Shown here one piece after another: positions 1 to 8,736 of a stretch of 64,000 bases of DNA. Position numbers and translations under genes: made by a program. The first letter of the stretch is position 1; the number at the start of each line of letters is the position of its first letter. The DNA comes from an uncultured delta proteobacterium (lineage in GTDB: Bacteria > Desulfobacterota > Binatia > Binatales > Binataceae), in assembly GCA_963724765.1 (NCBI GenBank), contig CAVRVY010000003.1:512001-576000 (forward strand), given 5' to 3'. Under the pieces are notes generated by a model. The model was not told the DNA's origin. It did not search any database and was given only the letters and a program-made list of their open reading frames with translations.

Positions 1-410
1 CATCCCGCTGCCCGACAATTCGGTCGACGTGATCATCTCGAACTGCGTTTGATCAACCTTTCGGGCGACAAGATCGGGGACTGGCGGAGGCGTTTCGCGT
101 GCTGCGCCCCGGCGGGCGCTTCGCGGTCTCGGACGTGGTAGTGCGCGGCGAGGTCCCGGCTGCCATCCGCCGCAGCGTCGAGTTGTGGATCGGATGCGTC
201 GCCGGAGCGCTGGAGGAATCCGAGTATCGGGCGAAATTGAGCGGCGCCGGGTTCGAGCAGGTCGAGGTCGAGCCGACCCGCATCTACCGCGCAGAGGACA
301 CGATCGAGCTTTTCGCCCAGGCAAATCTCGACGTCGAAAAAGTCGCGCCGATGGTCGAGGGAAAATTCATGAGCGCCTTCGTCCGCGCGCGCAAGCCTTA
401 CGCCAGATAG
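1..410 (+). CDS. arsM: Arsenite S-adenosylmethyltransferase, C-terminal part (5' truncated by window edge; apparent indels at about 48-75)
   Basis: Motifs IPLPDNSVDVIISNCV / INLSGDK / AEAFRVLRPGGRFAVSDVV ... LWIGCVAGAL ... FMSAFVRARKP; the first three pieces lie in different frames. Confidence 0.85.
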
Positions 411-1477
411 CCGGCGTGCTGCAGATATTCGGCGAGCAGCACGGCGCCGCGTCCGGCGCCCATCGCCGCGTTGTGCGTGACCAGCACGTACTTCACGCCG
501 TTGGGCAGGACTTCATCGGCGCGAATCCGTCCGACTGAGGTCGTCATCCCGCGCTCGGCATCGCGGTCCAGCCGCGGCTGCGGGCGCATCGGGTCGCGAT
601 GCACGGTTATCATGTGCCGCGGCGAGTTGGGTAACCCGAGCGCTGTAAACTCGCGCCCGAAAGTTTCGAACGCCTCGCTTACCGCGTCGAGACCGGCCGC
701 CATCTTGAACGACACCGCGACCGTCTCCGTGTGGCCGTTTAGCACCGCGGCGCGCGTGCAGGTCGCGCTCACGCGAAGCGGCAGTTCCGCGATACCGCCC
801 TCAGCCATGCGGCCGAGGATCTTGCGCGTCTCGATCATCACCCGCTCCTCTTCGCGCGGGATGAACGGGATGACGTTCTCCACGATGTCGAGTGCGGGCA
901 GGTCGCGCCCGGCGCCCGAGATACCCTGCATCGTCGTCACCATCGTGGCCTCGACGCCGAAGCGCGCATCGAGCGCCTTCAGCGTGATCGCAAGGCCGGT
1001 CGCAGTGCAGTTGGGCAGCGTCGCGATATAGCCTTTCCATCCGCGCCGGCGGCGCTGCTCGTTCACGATCGCGAGATGGTCGAGGTTGACGCCCGGGATT
1101 ACCAGCGGCACGTCGGGCTCCATCCGATGCGGCCGGGCGGTGCTGATGGTGGGAACCTTGGCGGCGTAAATCGGCTCGAGCTCGCGCGCGGCCTCGGATT
1201 CGACGGCGGCAAAAACCACGCCGATCCCGCTAAGGGCGAGCGACTTCGCGTCCTGCACTTCGAGGCCGAGCGCGTCGGCCGGCGGCTCGCATCCGCCGAC
1301 GTACCATCGCCGCACGCCGCTTTGCGCGTCGGTTATCGCCTCGGCAAAGCTCTTTCCGGCAGAGCGCTCGGAGGCGGCCAACGCGGCGATTTCGAAATAC
1401 GGATGGCCATCGAGTGCGGCCAGCACCTGCTGGCCGGCAATTCCGGTGGCGCCAACGATTGCGGCTTTGATCTTCAT
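398..1477 (-). CDS. asd: Aspartate-semialdehyde dehydrogenase (archaeal/fungal-like subtype)
   Basis: GATGIAGQ Rossmann motif, ASERSAGK, catalytic PNCT, QGISGAG, RPQPRLDRD, HN...GA. Confidence 0.88.
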   Translation of the reverse strand: MKIKAAIVGATGIAGQQVLAALDGHPYFEIAALAASERSAGKSFAEAITDAQSGVRRWYVGGCEPPADALGLEVQDAKSLALSGIGVVFAAVESEAARELEPIYAAKVPTISTARPHRMEPDVPLVIPGVNLDHLAIVNEQRRRRGWKGYIATLPNCTATGLAITLKALDARFGVEATMVTTMQGISGAGRDLPALDIVENVIPFIPREEERVMIETRKILGRMAEGGIAELPLRVSATCTRAAVLNGHTETVAVSFKMAAGLDAVSEAFETFGREFTALGLPNSPRHMITVHRDPMRPQPRLDRDAERGMTTSVGRIRADEVLPNGVKYVLVTHNAAMGAGRGAVLLAEYLQHAGYLA

Positions 1478-1584
1478 CTTAAGAGTCGAGTGCCTGAAAG
1501 TTTGGAGCTACAGATTATAGATGCCGGCCGAAGCGATCCATACGGCACGCGCGAATCGGGGAGAGGAAGGGCAGAATGGATCTT

Positions 1585-2235
1585 TCAGACTCGTTCGACC
1601 AGCCAGTCGCGGACCGTTTCGAGCAGTTCGTCGGCCGCCTCGGTAAAGCGATGGCCGACGCCGGGAAAAAGCTTGAGCGTCCGGGGCTCCTGCGCGCGTT
1701 CGTAAAGCCGCTCGGAGCATTCGTGCGGCAAAATCGTGTCAGCGGTGCCGTGCAGCAAGAGCAGCGGGCGCGGCGCGAGTTCGGCGACCGTGTGCGCGCC
1801 GAATAGCTGGCTCGAGACCGCGATCACCGTCGCCACCATCGGCGCGAGCGTGCCCGCGTTGATCGCGACCGCGCCGCCGAAGGAATGGCCGATGAGCGCG
1901 GCGCGTTCGTACTGCAGCGCCTTGAGAAACGTCAGCCCCGCCATCGTGTCGAGCATGCATTCGCCGAACTCGTTGGGCATCCGGTAGTTCAGCCGCATCA
2001 CGGTGATTCCGACCGGCGGCAACTCCACTCCCAGCCGCGCGTAGAGCATCCCGGGGCCGTCGAAACCACCGATCGCACCGCTGATGCAGAGCACCGCGCG
2101 GCCGGGCGCTTCAGCAGCGTGCACGATGAGCGAGATCTCGCCGCGCGTGGTTCTCAGCTTCAGGCTGCGCGCGCCGACGATTTCGTCGCCCGGCTCGACG
2201 CCGATAATATGCAGGCTGAGTTCGTCGTCGCTCAT
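1585..2235 (-). CDS. Alpha/beta hydrolase (dienelactone hydrolase-like)
   Basis: GHSFGG nucleophile elbow, LLLHGTAD, GVGH. Confidence 0.8.
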   Translation of the reverse strand: MSDDELSLHIIGVEPGDEIVGARSLKLRTTRGEISLIVHAAEAPGRAVLCISGAIGGFDGPGMLYARLGVELPPVGITVMRLNYRMPNEFGECMLDTMAGLTFLKALQYERAALIGHSFGGAVAINAGTLAPMVATVIAVSSQLFGAHTVAELAPRPLLLLHGTADTILPHECSERLYERAQEPRTLKLFPGVGHRFTEAADELLETVRDWLVERV

Positions 2236-2262
2236 CGCGCCTCAGCGCGCCCCGCTTCAAGC

Positions 2263-3135
2263 TCACACATACAATGTCGCGAGGCGACGCAGCTCGGCCT
2301 GGTAATTCTCCGGCCGCAGCGCCGCCTCCAGCATCATGATGACGAAGCGATGCGCTCCAGCCCCGGCATACTGAGCCAGGCCGGCCTGCACGTCGGCGCG
2401 CTCGCCGCGCATCTCGCGCCGCATGATCGTGATGTCCATCCGATCGAAGTCGCTGCCGGCGGCGGCGCACTCAGCGCGCAGCTTGATGAGCTCATCCTTG
2501 AGCTGCGCTGGCGTAAGAAAAATCGGGCACCATCCGTCGCCCCATCGCGCGACCCAGCGGAGCGCGTTTTTGTCCTTGCTGCCGATTATAACCGGGGGGC
2601 CGCCTTTGCGCGCGGGTTTCGGATAGCATCGCACCGGCGGGAACTTGATGTAGCGGCCGTCGAACGAGGCCTCGTCCCTGGTCCACAGCTCGCGCATCGC
2701 GGCCACGTACTCGCGCGTCTGGGTCCATCGATGAGCAAAGTCCACGCCCAGGATTTCCGACTCCTCGCGCAGCCATCCCGCGCCGATGCCGAGGATCACG
2801 CGCCCGCCCGAGAAGCGGTCGAGCGTCGCCAGTTCATTGGCGGTCAGCAGCGGGTTGCGCTCGGGCACCAGCAGGACGCCGGTCGCCACCATCAGGCGCG
2901 TGGTGACGGCCGCCGCCATCGCCATCGCCACGAACGGATCGCACATGTGGTAGTAGATTTCCGGGATGCCGCCCTCGCCGGGACGCGTCTCGGGCAGTTG
3001 TGTTACGGTATGAACCGGCATCACCGAGTGATCCGGTATCCACAGCGACTCGAAGCCGAGCGCCTCGGCGGCGCGGGCCAAGTCGGCCGGATTGGCGCTG
3101 CGCTCATTGGGCGCGACCAGAAGTCCGATCTTCAT
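2263..3135 (-). CDS. LLM-class F420-dependent oxidoreductase
   Basis: AEALGFESLWIPDH, DPFVAMA..AAVT, LDRFSGGRVILGIGAGW, PKP. Confidence 0.88.
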   Translation of the reverse strand: MKIGLLVAPNERSANPADLARAAEALGFESLWIPDHSVMPVHTVTQLPETRPGEGGIPEIYYHMCDPFVAMAMAAAVTTRLMVATGVLLVPERNPLLTANELATLDRFSGGRVILGIGAGWLREESEILGVDFAHRWTQTREYVAAMRELWTRDEASFDGRYIKFPPVRCYPKPARKGGPPVIIGSKDKNALRWVARWGDGWCPIFLTPAQLKDELIKLRAECAAAGSDFDRMDITIMRREMRGERADVQAGLAQYAGAGAHRFVIMMLEAALRPENYQAELRRLATLYV

Positions 3136-3240
3136 TATTACTCGACGGCCGTGGCTAAGTGCGGCGCCCTAACCTCCGGCCCCTTGCCTAAAGGAGAAAC
3201 CGTCGCATAACCCACGCGCTCGGGAGACTCCGCTGGGCAT

Positions 3241-3624
3241 CTACGACTTCTTCGGTGCGGTCACCTCCGTGAAAGCGCGGATCGCTTCGACCGCGCTCGG
3301 CACGCCGCTGTACTGCGAAAGTTGAAAGATCATTTCCTTAAGTTCGGTATGCGTGATGCCGAGGTTGAGCGCGCCGCGCATGTGAACCCTCAGCTCCGCG
3401 CCGCGCCCCAGCGCGATCAACGCCGCCATCGTGATCATCGAGCGTGTCTTGATCGGCAATCCCGGGCGGGCCCAGATGCCGCCGAACAGTTCGTCGTTGA
3501 GGAACTTGCCGAAGTCGGGATCGAAACCGCTTAGGAAGTCATTGCCCGCCTTGGCGCCCTTCTCGCCCCACAACTGGGTGCGTATCGCCATCCCTTTTTC
3601 ATGCTTGTCGTCGGCCATTTCCAT
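3241..3624 (-). CDS. Carboxymuconolactone decarboxylase family protein
   Basis: FGGIWARPGL..KTRSMIT, ELRVHMRGALNLG, YSGVP. Confidence 0.85.
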   Translation of the reverse strand: MEMADDKHEKGMAIRTQLWGEKGAKAGNDFLSGFDPDFGKFLNDELFGGIWARPGLPIKTRSMITMAALIALGRGAELRVHMRGALNLGITHTELKEMIFQLSQYSGVPSAVEAIRAFTEVTAPKKS

Positions 3625-3715
3625 TTCTCCTTGGAATAGTAACTGAGAATAGCTACTGATGTGAACCAGTAACCGGTGCGAAACTGTATAATGCGCGCGG
3701 CCCGGTGCAGCGGTC

Positions 3716-4615
3716 TTATGACGAGCTGCGAACTTTAACTCCGGCGCGCTCTTCCTGGATCATGAACGTCGCCGACGAATCTTTCTCGCCCCAGCCCTTG
3801 TTCAGCGCCTCCAGGAAATCCTGCTCGGCAAGCGCCGCCATCGGCATCGGCACCTTGAGCTCGCGCGCAAGCTCGGTGGCGAGACCCAGGTCCTTATGCC
3901 CCAGCCTTAAGGCGAAAGTCGCGCGGTCGAAACCACCGCGAAAGACCATCTTGCCCACCGCCGCGTTGAGCACCATGCCCTGTCCATAAGCGCCGCCCTG
4001 CACCGCGCGCAGCAACGCTTCAGGCGACACGCCCGCCTTGACGCCCATCGTAAAGGCCTCGGCGATTAGTTGAGTCGAGCACATCGCAATCATGTTGTGG
4101 ACCAGTTTCGCGACCGAGCCGGCGCCGATGTCGCCGATGTAAGTCACCTTGTCGCCAATCGCGTCGAGCACTGGCTTGACCTCGTTGTAGTCGGCCTCAC
4201 TCCCGCCGACCATCACGGCCAGCGTCGCCTTGCGCGCCCCGACGATGCCGCCACTGACGGGCGCGTCGAGCATCCGGATGCCCCGGGCCTTCAGGCGCGC
4301 GTGGACCTGGCGCACCACCGTGGGCGAGTTGGTTGAGAGGTCGATATAAAGGCTGCCGGGCGCCATCGCGCCGATCAGTCCGCCCTCTCCCAGCACCACC
4401 GCCTCGACCTCCCTGGGCCCGGGCAGCGAAGTGAAGACGACCTCGGCTTCCTTTGCGGCGGCGGCCGAGCTTTCAGCCCATTTGGCGCCGGCGGCCAGAT
4501 GCGGTTCGGCGACCTGGCGGCGGACGTCGTTGACCGTCACCTGGTGGCCCGCCTTCATCAGGTTGAGCGCCATCGAACCGCCCATGTTGCCGAGTCCGAT
4601 AAATCCGATTCGCAT
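3716..4615 (-). CDS. NAD(P)-dependent beta-hydroxyacid dehydrogenase (3-hydroxyisobutyrate dehydrogenase family)
   Basis: IGFIGLGNMG, LDAPVSGG, AGSVAKLVHN, KDLGLA. Confidence 0.9.
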   Translation of the reverse strand: MRIGFIGLGNMGGSMALNLMKAGHQVTVNDVRRQVAEPHLAAGAKWAESSAAAAKEAEVVFTSLPGPREVEAVVLGEGGLIGAMAPGSLYIDLSTNSPTVVRQVHARLKARGIRMLDAPVSGGIVGARKATLAVMVGGSEADYNEVKPVLDAIGDKVTYIGDIGAGSVAKLVHNMIAMCSTQLIAEAFTMGVKAGVSPEALLRAVQGGAYGQGMVLNAAVGKMVFRGGFDRATFALRLGHKDLGLATELARELKVPMPMAALAEQDFLEALNKGWGEKDSSATFMIQEERAGVKVRSSS

Positions 4616-4738
4616 AACTACCTCACGTGCCGGAAAAAATTGCGGCGTGCGAGCCGCAGAAAGCTCCGGTAGTAAGCACTCTTAAAGCATCGCTGGCCAA
4701 ATCCCGCAAGGCAAAGCGATCGCAGGAGCGCCAGTCGC

Positions 4739-4795
4739 CAAACTGACCGACAACTAAGCGGCAAACTGGCCGACAACTGAACGACAACTGACCGA
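4739..4795 (+). repeat. Five degenerate tandem 11-12-bp repeats (consensus CAACTGACCGA)
   Basis: caaactgaccga caactaagcgg caaactggccga caactgaacga caactgaccga. Confidence 0.65.
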
Positions 4796-4807
4796 TAGGT
4801 CCGGCGG

Positions 4808-4836
4808 TTGACTTTGCGCCGACGCTTGGATAACCG
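4808..4836 (+). promoter_or_regulatory. Putative sigma70 promoter of the SAM-riboswitch operon
   Basis: TTGACT-17 nt-TAACCG, 14 nt upstream of the aptamer. Confidence 0.5.
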
Positions 4837-4850
4837 TAATGAGCCTGATG

Positions 4851-4962
4851 GCCTTATCCAGAGCGGCGGAGGGACTGGCCCGATGATGCCGCAGCAACCG
4901 GCCCACCAAGGGTGCTGGTGCTAACTCCAACGAAGCCCGAAATAGGCTTCGGTAGATAAGGC
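4851..4962 (+). ncRNA. SAM-I (S-box) riboswitch aptamer
   Basis: P1 gccttatc...gataaggc; conserved core ATCCAGAG-CGGCGGAGGGACTGGCCCGATGATGCCGCAGCAACC...GGTGCTAACTCC. Confidence 0.95.
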
Positions 4963-4975
4963 GAGAGTACTCGTA

Positions 4976-5011
4976 CCCTCGTCCTTATCCGGGAGGAGGG
5001 TTTTTTGTTTT
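4976..5011 (+). terminator. Intrinsic terminator of the riboswitch expression platform
   Basis: ccctc..tcc/gga.gaggg hairpin followed by TTTTTTGTTTT; the internal ccttatc can pair with the P1 3' strand gataagg (antiterminator). Confidence 0.85.
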
Positions 5012-5079
5012 ATTCCCCTCGCAGCGCCACCGGATGAAATGTCCCGGTTGAAACAACTGGGCCCGGGCGTGAGAACGAG

Positions 5080-5796
5080 TTGGGAAAACAGGCGATTCTA
5101 GTAGTCGGGATGGGAGGCCTGGGTGTGCCGGCCGCGTGCGCGCTCGCGCGCGGCGGAGCCGGGCGGATCGGCATCGTCGATCCCGACCCGGTCGAACTTT
5201 CCAATCTCGCGCGCCAGGTAATTTACGGCGCGGCGAGCCTCGGACGGCTCAAGGTCGAGGCGGCTGCGGTGCGGCTTATTGAAGATCATCCGGATCTCGT
5301 CATCGAGACTTACCCGGTCGCACTCGACGCCATCAACGCCGCCGAATTGATCGCACGCTACGATTTCGTGATCGACGCGACCGACGATCCCGCGGCCAAG
5401 TTTCTAATCAACGACACCTGCCTCGCGATGGGTCGGCCGTTCGTTTACGCCGGCGTGCTGGGGATGACCGGCCAGGCGATGACGGTAGTGCCGGGGCGCA
5501 CGGCGTGTCTGCGATGCCTGTTCGAGCAGCCGCCGGAGCCGGGCGAGATCGCGACCTGCCGTGAGGCGGGAATAATCGGACCGGTCGCGGCGGTGATTGG
5601 CGAGATCGAGGCGGCCGAGGCGTTGCGCTGGCTTGGCGGCGGCGTGCCGGAGCTGGCGGGAAAAATCCTGACCTATGACGGGACCGCGAGCGGGCGCATC
5701 CGCACGCTTGAAGTGAGCGCGCGCGCCGGATGCGTGTGCGGCGCAGCCCGGCGTGCAGAGAACGCGGCGGCGTGGGCGCCGGCGCGCAACCAGTAA
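5080..5796 (+). CDS. ThiF/MoeB/HesA-family adenylyltransferase (E1-like), intact catalytic motifs but no N-terminal RYSRQ helix
   Basis: VVGMGGLG, DPDPVELSNLARQ, DATD, CLRC...TCREAG, CVC; TTG start with an in-frame stop at 5035-5037. Confidence 0.9.
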   Translation: MGKQAILVVGMGGLGVPAACALARGGAGRIGIVDPDPVELSNLARQVIYGAASLGRLKVEAAAVRLIEDHPDLVIETYPVALDAINAAELIARYDFVIDATDDPAAKFLINDTCLAMGRPFVYAGVLGMTGQAMTVVPGRTACLRCLFEQPPEPGEIATCREAGIIGPVAAVIGEIEAAEALRWLGGGVPELAGKILTYDGTASGRIRTLEVSARAGCVCGAARRAENAAAWAPARNQ

Positions 5797-5809
5797 GAGG
5801 ATCTATGCG

Positions 5810-7072
5810 ATGAGCTACGTCACCAACCTCAAGTGCCGCGAGTGCGGCCAGGAATATCCGATCAAGCCGCTGCACGTATGCGAGGATTGCTTCGGCCCGC
5901 TCGAGGTTACTTACGATTACGCGAAGATTCGCGAGGCGATCTCGCGCGCGACGATCGCGGCACGCCCGCACAATCTCTGGCGCTATCGCGAGCTGCTGCC
6001 GGTCGACGGCGAACCCGAGGCGGGGCCGTTTTCGGGCTTCACGCCGCTGTTGCAGGCGCGTCGGCTTGGCGCCGAGCTGGGGCTCAAGAAGCTCTACATC
6101 AAGGACGACACGGTCAACCATCCTACGCTCTCATACAAGGACCGCGTGGTGTCGGTGGCGATCACCAAGGCGCGCGACTTCGGCTTCACCACGGTCTCGT
6201 GCGCCTCGACCGGCAATCTGGCGACCGCGGTCGCGGCGCATGCGGCGCGCGCGGGGCTTAAGTCGGTGATCTTCATGCCCGAGGGGGTCGAGTCGGGCAA
6301 AATCGTCGGCTCGTCGATTTACGGCGCGCGGGTGATCACGATTCGCGGCAACTACGACGACGTCAACCGGCTGTGCAGCGAGATCGCCGACAAGTACGGA
6401 TGGGCCTTCGTCAATATCAACCTGCGTCCCTACTACACCGAGGGCGCCAAGACCTTCGGCTTCGAGGTCGCCGAGCAACTCGGCTGGAAACTGCCCAACC
6501 ACATCGTGCTGCCGACCGCGGGCGGCACGATTTTGCCCAAGGTGGCCAAGGCCTTCAAGGAACTCAAGGAAGTCGGGCTGATTCATGGCGGCGAATTCAA
6601 GATTCATTGCGCGCAGGCGGCCGGGTCGGCGCCGGTCGTGCACGCGCTGCACAAGAACACCGACCTGATCACGCCGGTCAAGCCCGACACCATCGCCAAG
6701 TCAATCGCGATCGGCAACCCGGCCGACGGCTTCTACGTGTTGCGCGCGGTGCGCGAGTCGGGCGGATGGGGCGAGATGGCGAGCGACCCCGAGATCATCG
6801 ACGCGATCAAGCTGCTCGCGCGCACCGAGGGCATCTTCGCCGAGCCGGCCGGCGGCACCACGCTGGCCGTGACGCTGAAACTCATCGCCGCGGGGCGCAT
6901 CAAGGCCGATGAGAGCGTGGTAGTCTCGATTACCGGCAACGGTTACAAGACCCTGGAGGCGGTCGCCCGCAGTATCGAGCAGCCGCTGGTGATCGAAGCC
7001 CGGCTGAAGGACTTCGACGCAATCTACGAGAGTCTCGGCGACGGCAAACGCTCGCTCAAGGGCGCGGCCTGA
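5810..7072 (+). CDS. thrC: Threonine synthase-family PLP enzyme (by context possibly an O-phosphohomoserine sulfhydrylase, MetM-like)
   Basis: N-terminal CxxC..CxxC, NHPTLSYKDR (PLP Lys), CASTGN, IAIGNPADG, EGIFAEPAGG, ITGNGYK. Confidence 0.85.
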   Translation: MSYVTNLKCRECGQEYPIKPLHVCEDCFGPLEVTYDYAKIREAISRATIAARPHNLWRYRELLPVDGEPEAGPFSGFTPLLQARRLGAELGLKKLYIKDDTVNHPTLSYKDRVVSVAITKARDFGFTTVSCASTGNLATAVAAHAARAGLKSVIFMPEGVESGKIVGSSIYGARVITIRGNYDDVNRLCSEIADKYGWAFVNINLRPYYTEGAKTFGFEVAEQLGWKLPNHIVLPTAGGTILPKVAKAFKELKEVGLIHGGEFKIHCAQAAGSAPVVHALHKNTDLITPVKPDTIAKSIAIGNPADGFYVLRAVRESGGWGEMASDPEIIDAIKLLARTEGIFAEPAGGTTLAVTLKLIAAGRIKADESVVVSITGNGYKTLEAVARSIEQPLVIEARLKDFDAIYESLGDGKRSLKGAA

Positions 7073-7163
7073 CCGCGCGGCGCCGCGCTTGTAAAGCCAT
7101 GTGGCGAGGCATATTCATCAAACGCTAGTCTCTGGGCTAGTCTGAGAGGTGGAACTTTCGATC

Positions 7164-7442
7164 ATGCCAGTCAAGGTACGAGTACCGACCCCATTACGCA
7201 GGTTCACCGGGGGCATCGACGAGGTTGCGGCCGCGGGCGAATCGGTCCGCGCGGTTATCGAGGACCTCGAAAAGCGCCATCCGGGGATGCGCGAGCGGCT
7301 GCTCGACGACAAGGGCGAGCTGCGCCGCTTCGTCAATATTTATTTGAACGGCGACGACATCCGTTTCCTCAACCAGCTAAACTCACAGGTCAAGGATGGC
7401 GACGATATTTCAATCGTCCCAGCGATCGCCGGCGGCGAGTAA
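7164..7442 (+). CDS. MoaD/ThiS-family ubiquitin-like sulfur carrier, C-terminus AIAGG-E
   Basis: VRVPTPLR, LRRFVNIYLNGDDIRF, ISIVPAIAGGE*. Confidence 0.92.
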   Translation: MPVKVRVPTPLRRFTGGIDEVAAAGESVRAVIEDLEKRHPGMRERLLDDKGELRRFVNIYLNGDDIRFLNQLNSQVKDGDDISIVPAIAGGE

Positions 7443-8442
7443 CGAAGAATTCGTGCCGGCGGCGCGGGCGCACAGCGTGCTCGAGCTGATCGGCAACACG
7501 CCGCTGCTCGAAATCACGCGCGTGACCGAGGGGCTGCTGCGCCCCGGCGTGCGGATTTTCGCCAAGCTCGAGGGCTTCAACCCCGGCGGCTCGGTTAAGG
7601 ACCGCGCCGCGCGCCACATGATCGAGTTCGGGCTCAAGCGCGGTGAGTTGCGGCCGGGCAAGGTGATCATCGACTCGACTTCGGGCAACACCGGGATCGC
7701 GCTGGCGATGGTCGGCGCGGCAATTGGCTATCCGGTGGAAATCGTGATGGCCTCCAATGTCAGCCGCGAACGCAAGAAGATAATCGAGGCCTTTGGCGCC
7801 AAGCCGATCTACTCCGATCCGCTGGAGGGCTCCGACGGCGCGATCACGATGGCGCGCAAGATCATCGCCGACAACCCCGAGCACTATTTCAAACCCGACC
7901 AGTACAACAACGAGGCCAACGCGCTCGCCCATTTCGATACCACGGGGCCCGAAATCTGGCATCAGACGCGCGGCCGCGTCACTCATTTCGTGGCCGGAAT
8001 CGGCACTGGCGGCACCGTGATGGGCACCGGGCGCTACCTCAAGTCGCAAAATCCGACGGTCAAGGTGATCGCGGTGGAGCCGGACGACGCGATGCATGGG
8101 CTGGAGGGGCTCAAGCACATGGCCTCGTCGATCGTGCCGGGCATCTTTCACGCCGAAGAACTCGACGACCGCCTCGCGGTCAGCACCGAGGACGCCTACG
8201 AGATGGTTTACGCGCTGGGGCAGATCGAGGGTGTGCTGGTGGGACAATCGTGCGGAGCGGCGCTGGTGGCCGCGTTGCGGGTCGCGTGTGGGTTGCGCGA
8301 GGGATGCGTGGTGACCGTGTTTCCGGATTTCGGTGACAAGTACCTGTCCACCAATCTGTGGATCGGATGGGAACAGTGGCGCAAGGAGCGCCTGCTAAAG
8401 CTCGTCAGCAAATGGAACGCCTCCGCGAGCGCTACTACCTGA
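7396..8442 (+). CDS. Cysteine synthase family PLP enzyme (CysM/CysK-like); true start may be GTG 7453
   Basis: LIGNTPL, KLEGFNPGGSVKDR, STSGNTG, GIGTGGT, PDFGDKYLST. Confidence 0.9.
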   Translation: MATIFQSSQRSPAASNEEFVPAARAHSVLELIGNTPLLEITRVTEGLLRPGVRIFAKLEGFNPGGSVKDRAARHMIEFGLKRGELRPGKVIIDSTSGNTGIALAMVGAAIGYPVEIVMASNVSRERKKIIEAFGAKPIYSDPLEGSDGAITMARKIIADNPEHYFKPDQYNNEANALAHFDTTGPEIWHQTRGRVTHFVAGIGTGGTVMGTGRYLKSQNPTVKVIAVEPDDAMHGLEGLKHMASSIVPGIFHAEELDDRLAVSTEDAYEMVYALGQIEGVLVGQSCGAALVAALRVACGLREGCVVTVFPDFGDKYLSTNLWIGWEQWRKERLLKLVSKWNASASATT

Positions 8443-8657
8443 CCTACCCCAAGTCGCTCATCCGCGAGCCGCTGCTGTACCACCTGGTCAAGAAGTTCGA
8501 CCTGGTGTTCAACATTCGCGGCGCGAGCGTCTCGGAAGAGATGGGCCTGGTCGCGGTCGAGTTCGAGGGATCGAGCGAACAGATCGAGCGCGCACTCGCG
8601 TGGCTGCGCCAAAGCGGCGTCACGGTAGAGCCGATCGAAAAGAACGTAATCGAGTAG
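8412..8657 (+). CDS. Stand-alone NIL-domain protein
   Basis: LTYP....EPLLYHLVKKFDLVFNIRGASV....G.....EG....IERALAWL...GVTVE pattern; overlaps the upstream gene end. Confidence 0.8.
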   Translation: MERLRERYYLTYPKSLIREPLLYHLVKKFDLVFNIRGASVSEEMGLVAVEFEGSSEQIERALAWLRQSGVTVEPIEKNVIE

Positions 8658-8736
8658 TTGCGCGCTCAGGGCCCCGTGGCCATCTTACTTCGCGAAGCTC
8701 TTCGGCCCGGCGCGTATTCGCGGCGCTCGCCTGTAT

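Noticed and set aside
44-98. In-frame TGA (50-52) after NCV in arsM, considered as selenocysteine or programmed frameshifting
   Set aside because: The TGA does not replace the Cys, and the downstream motifs lie in two other frames. Two indels close to the window edge are better explained by low-quality sequence or pseudogenisation.
4739-4795. Short repeats considered as a CRISPR array
   Set aside because: Units are 11-12 bp with no spacers, and there are no cas genes.
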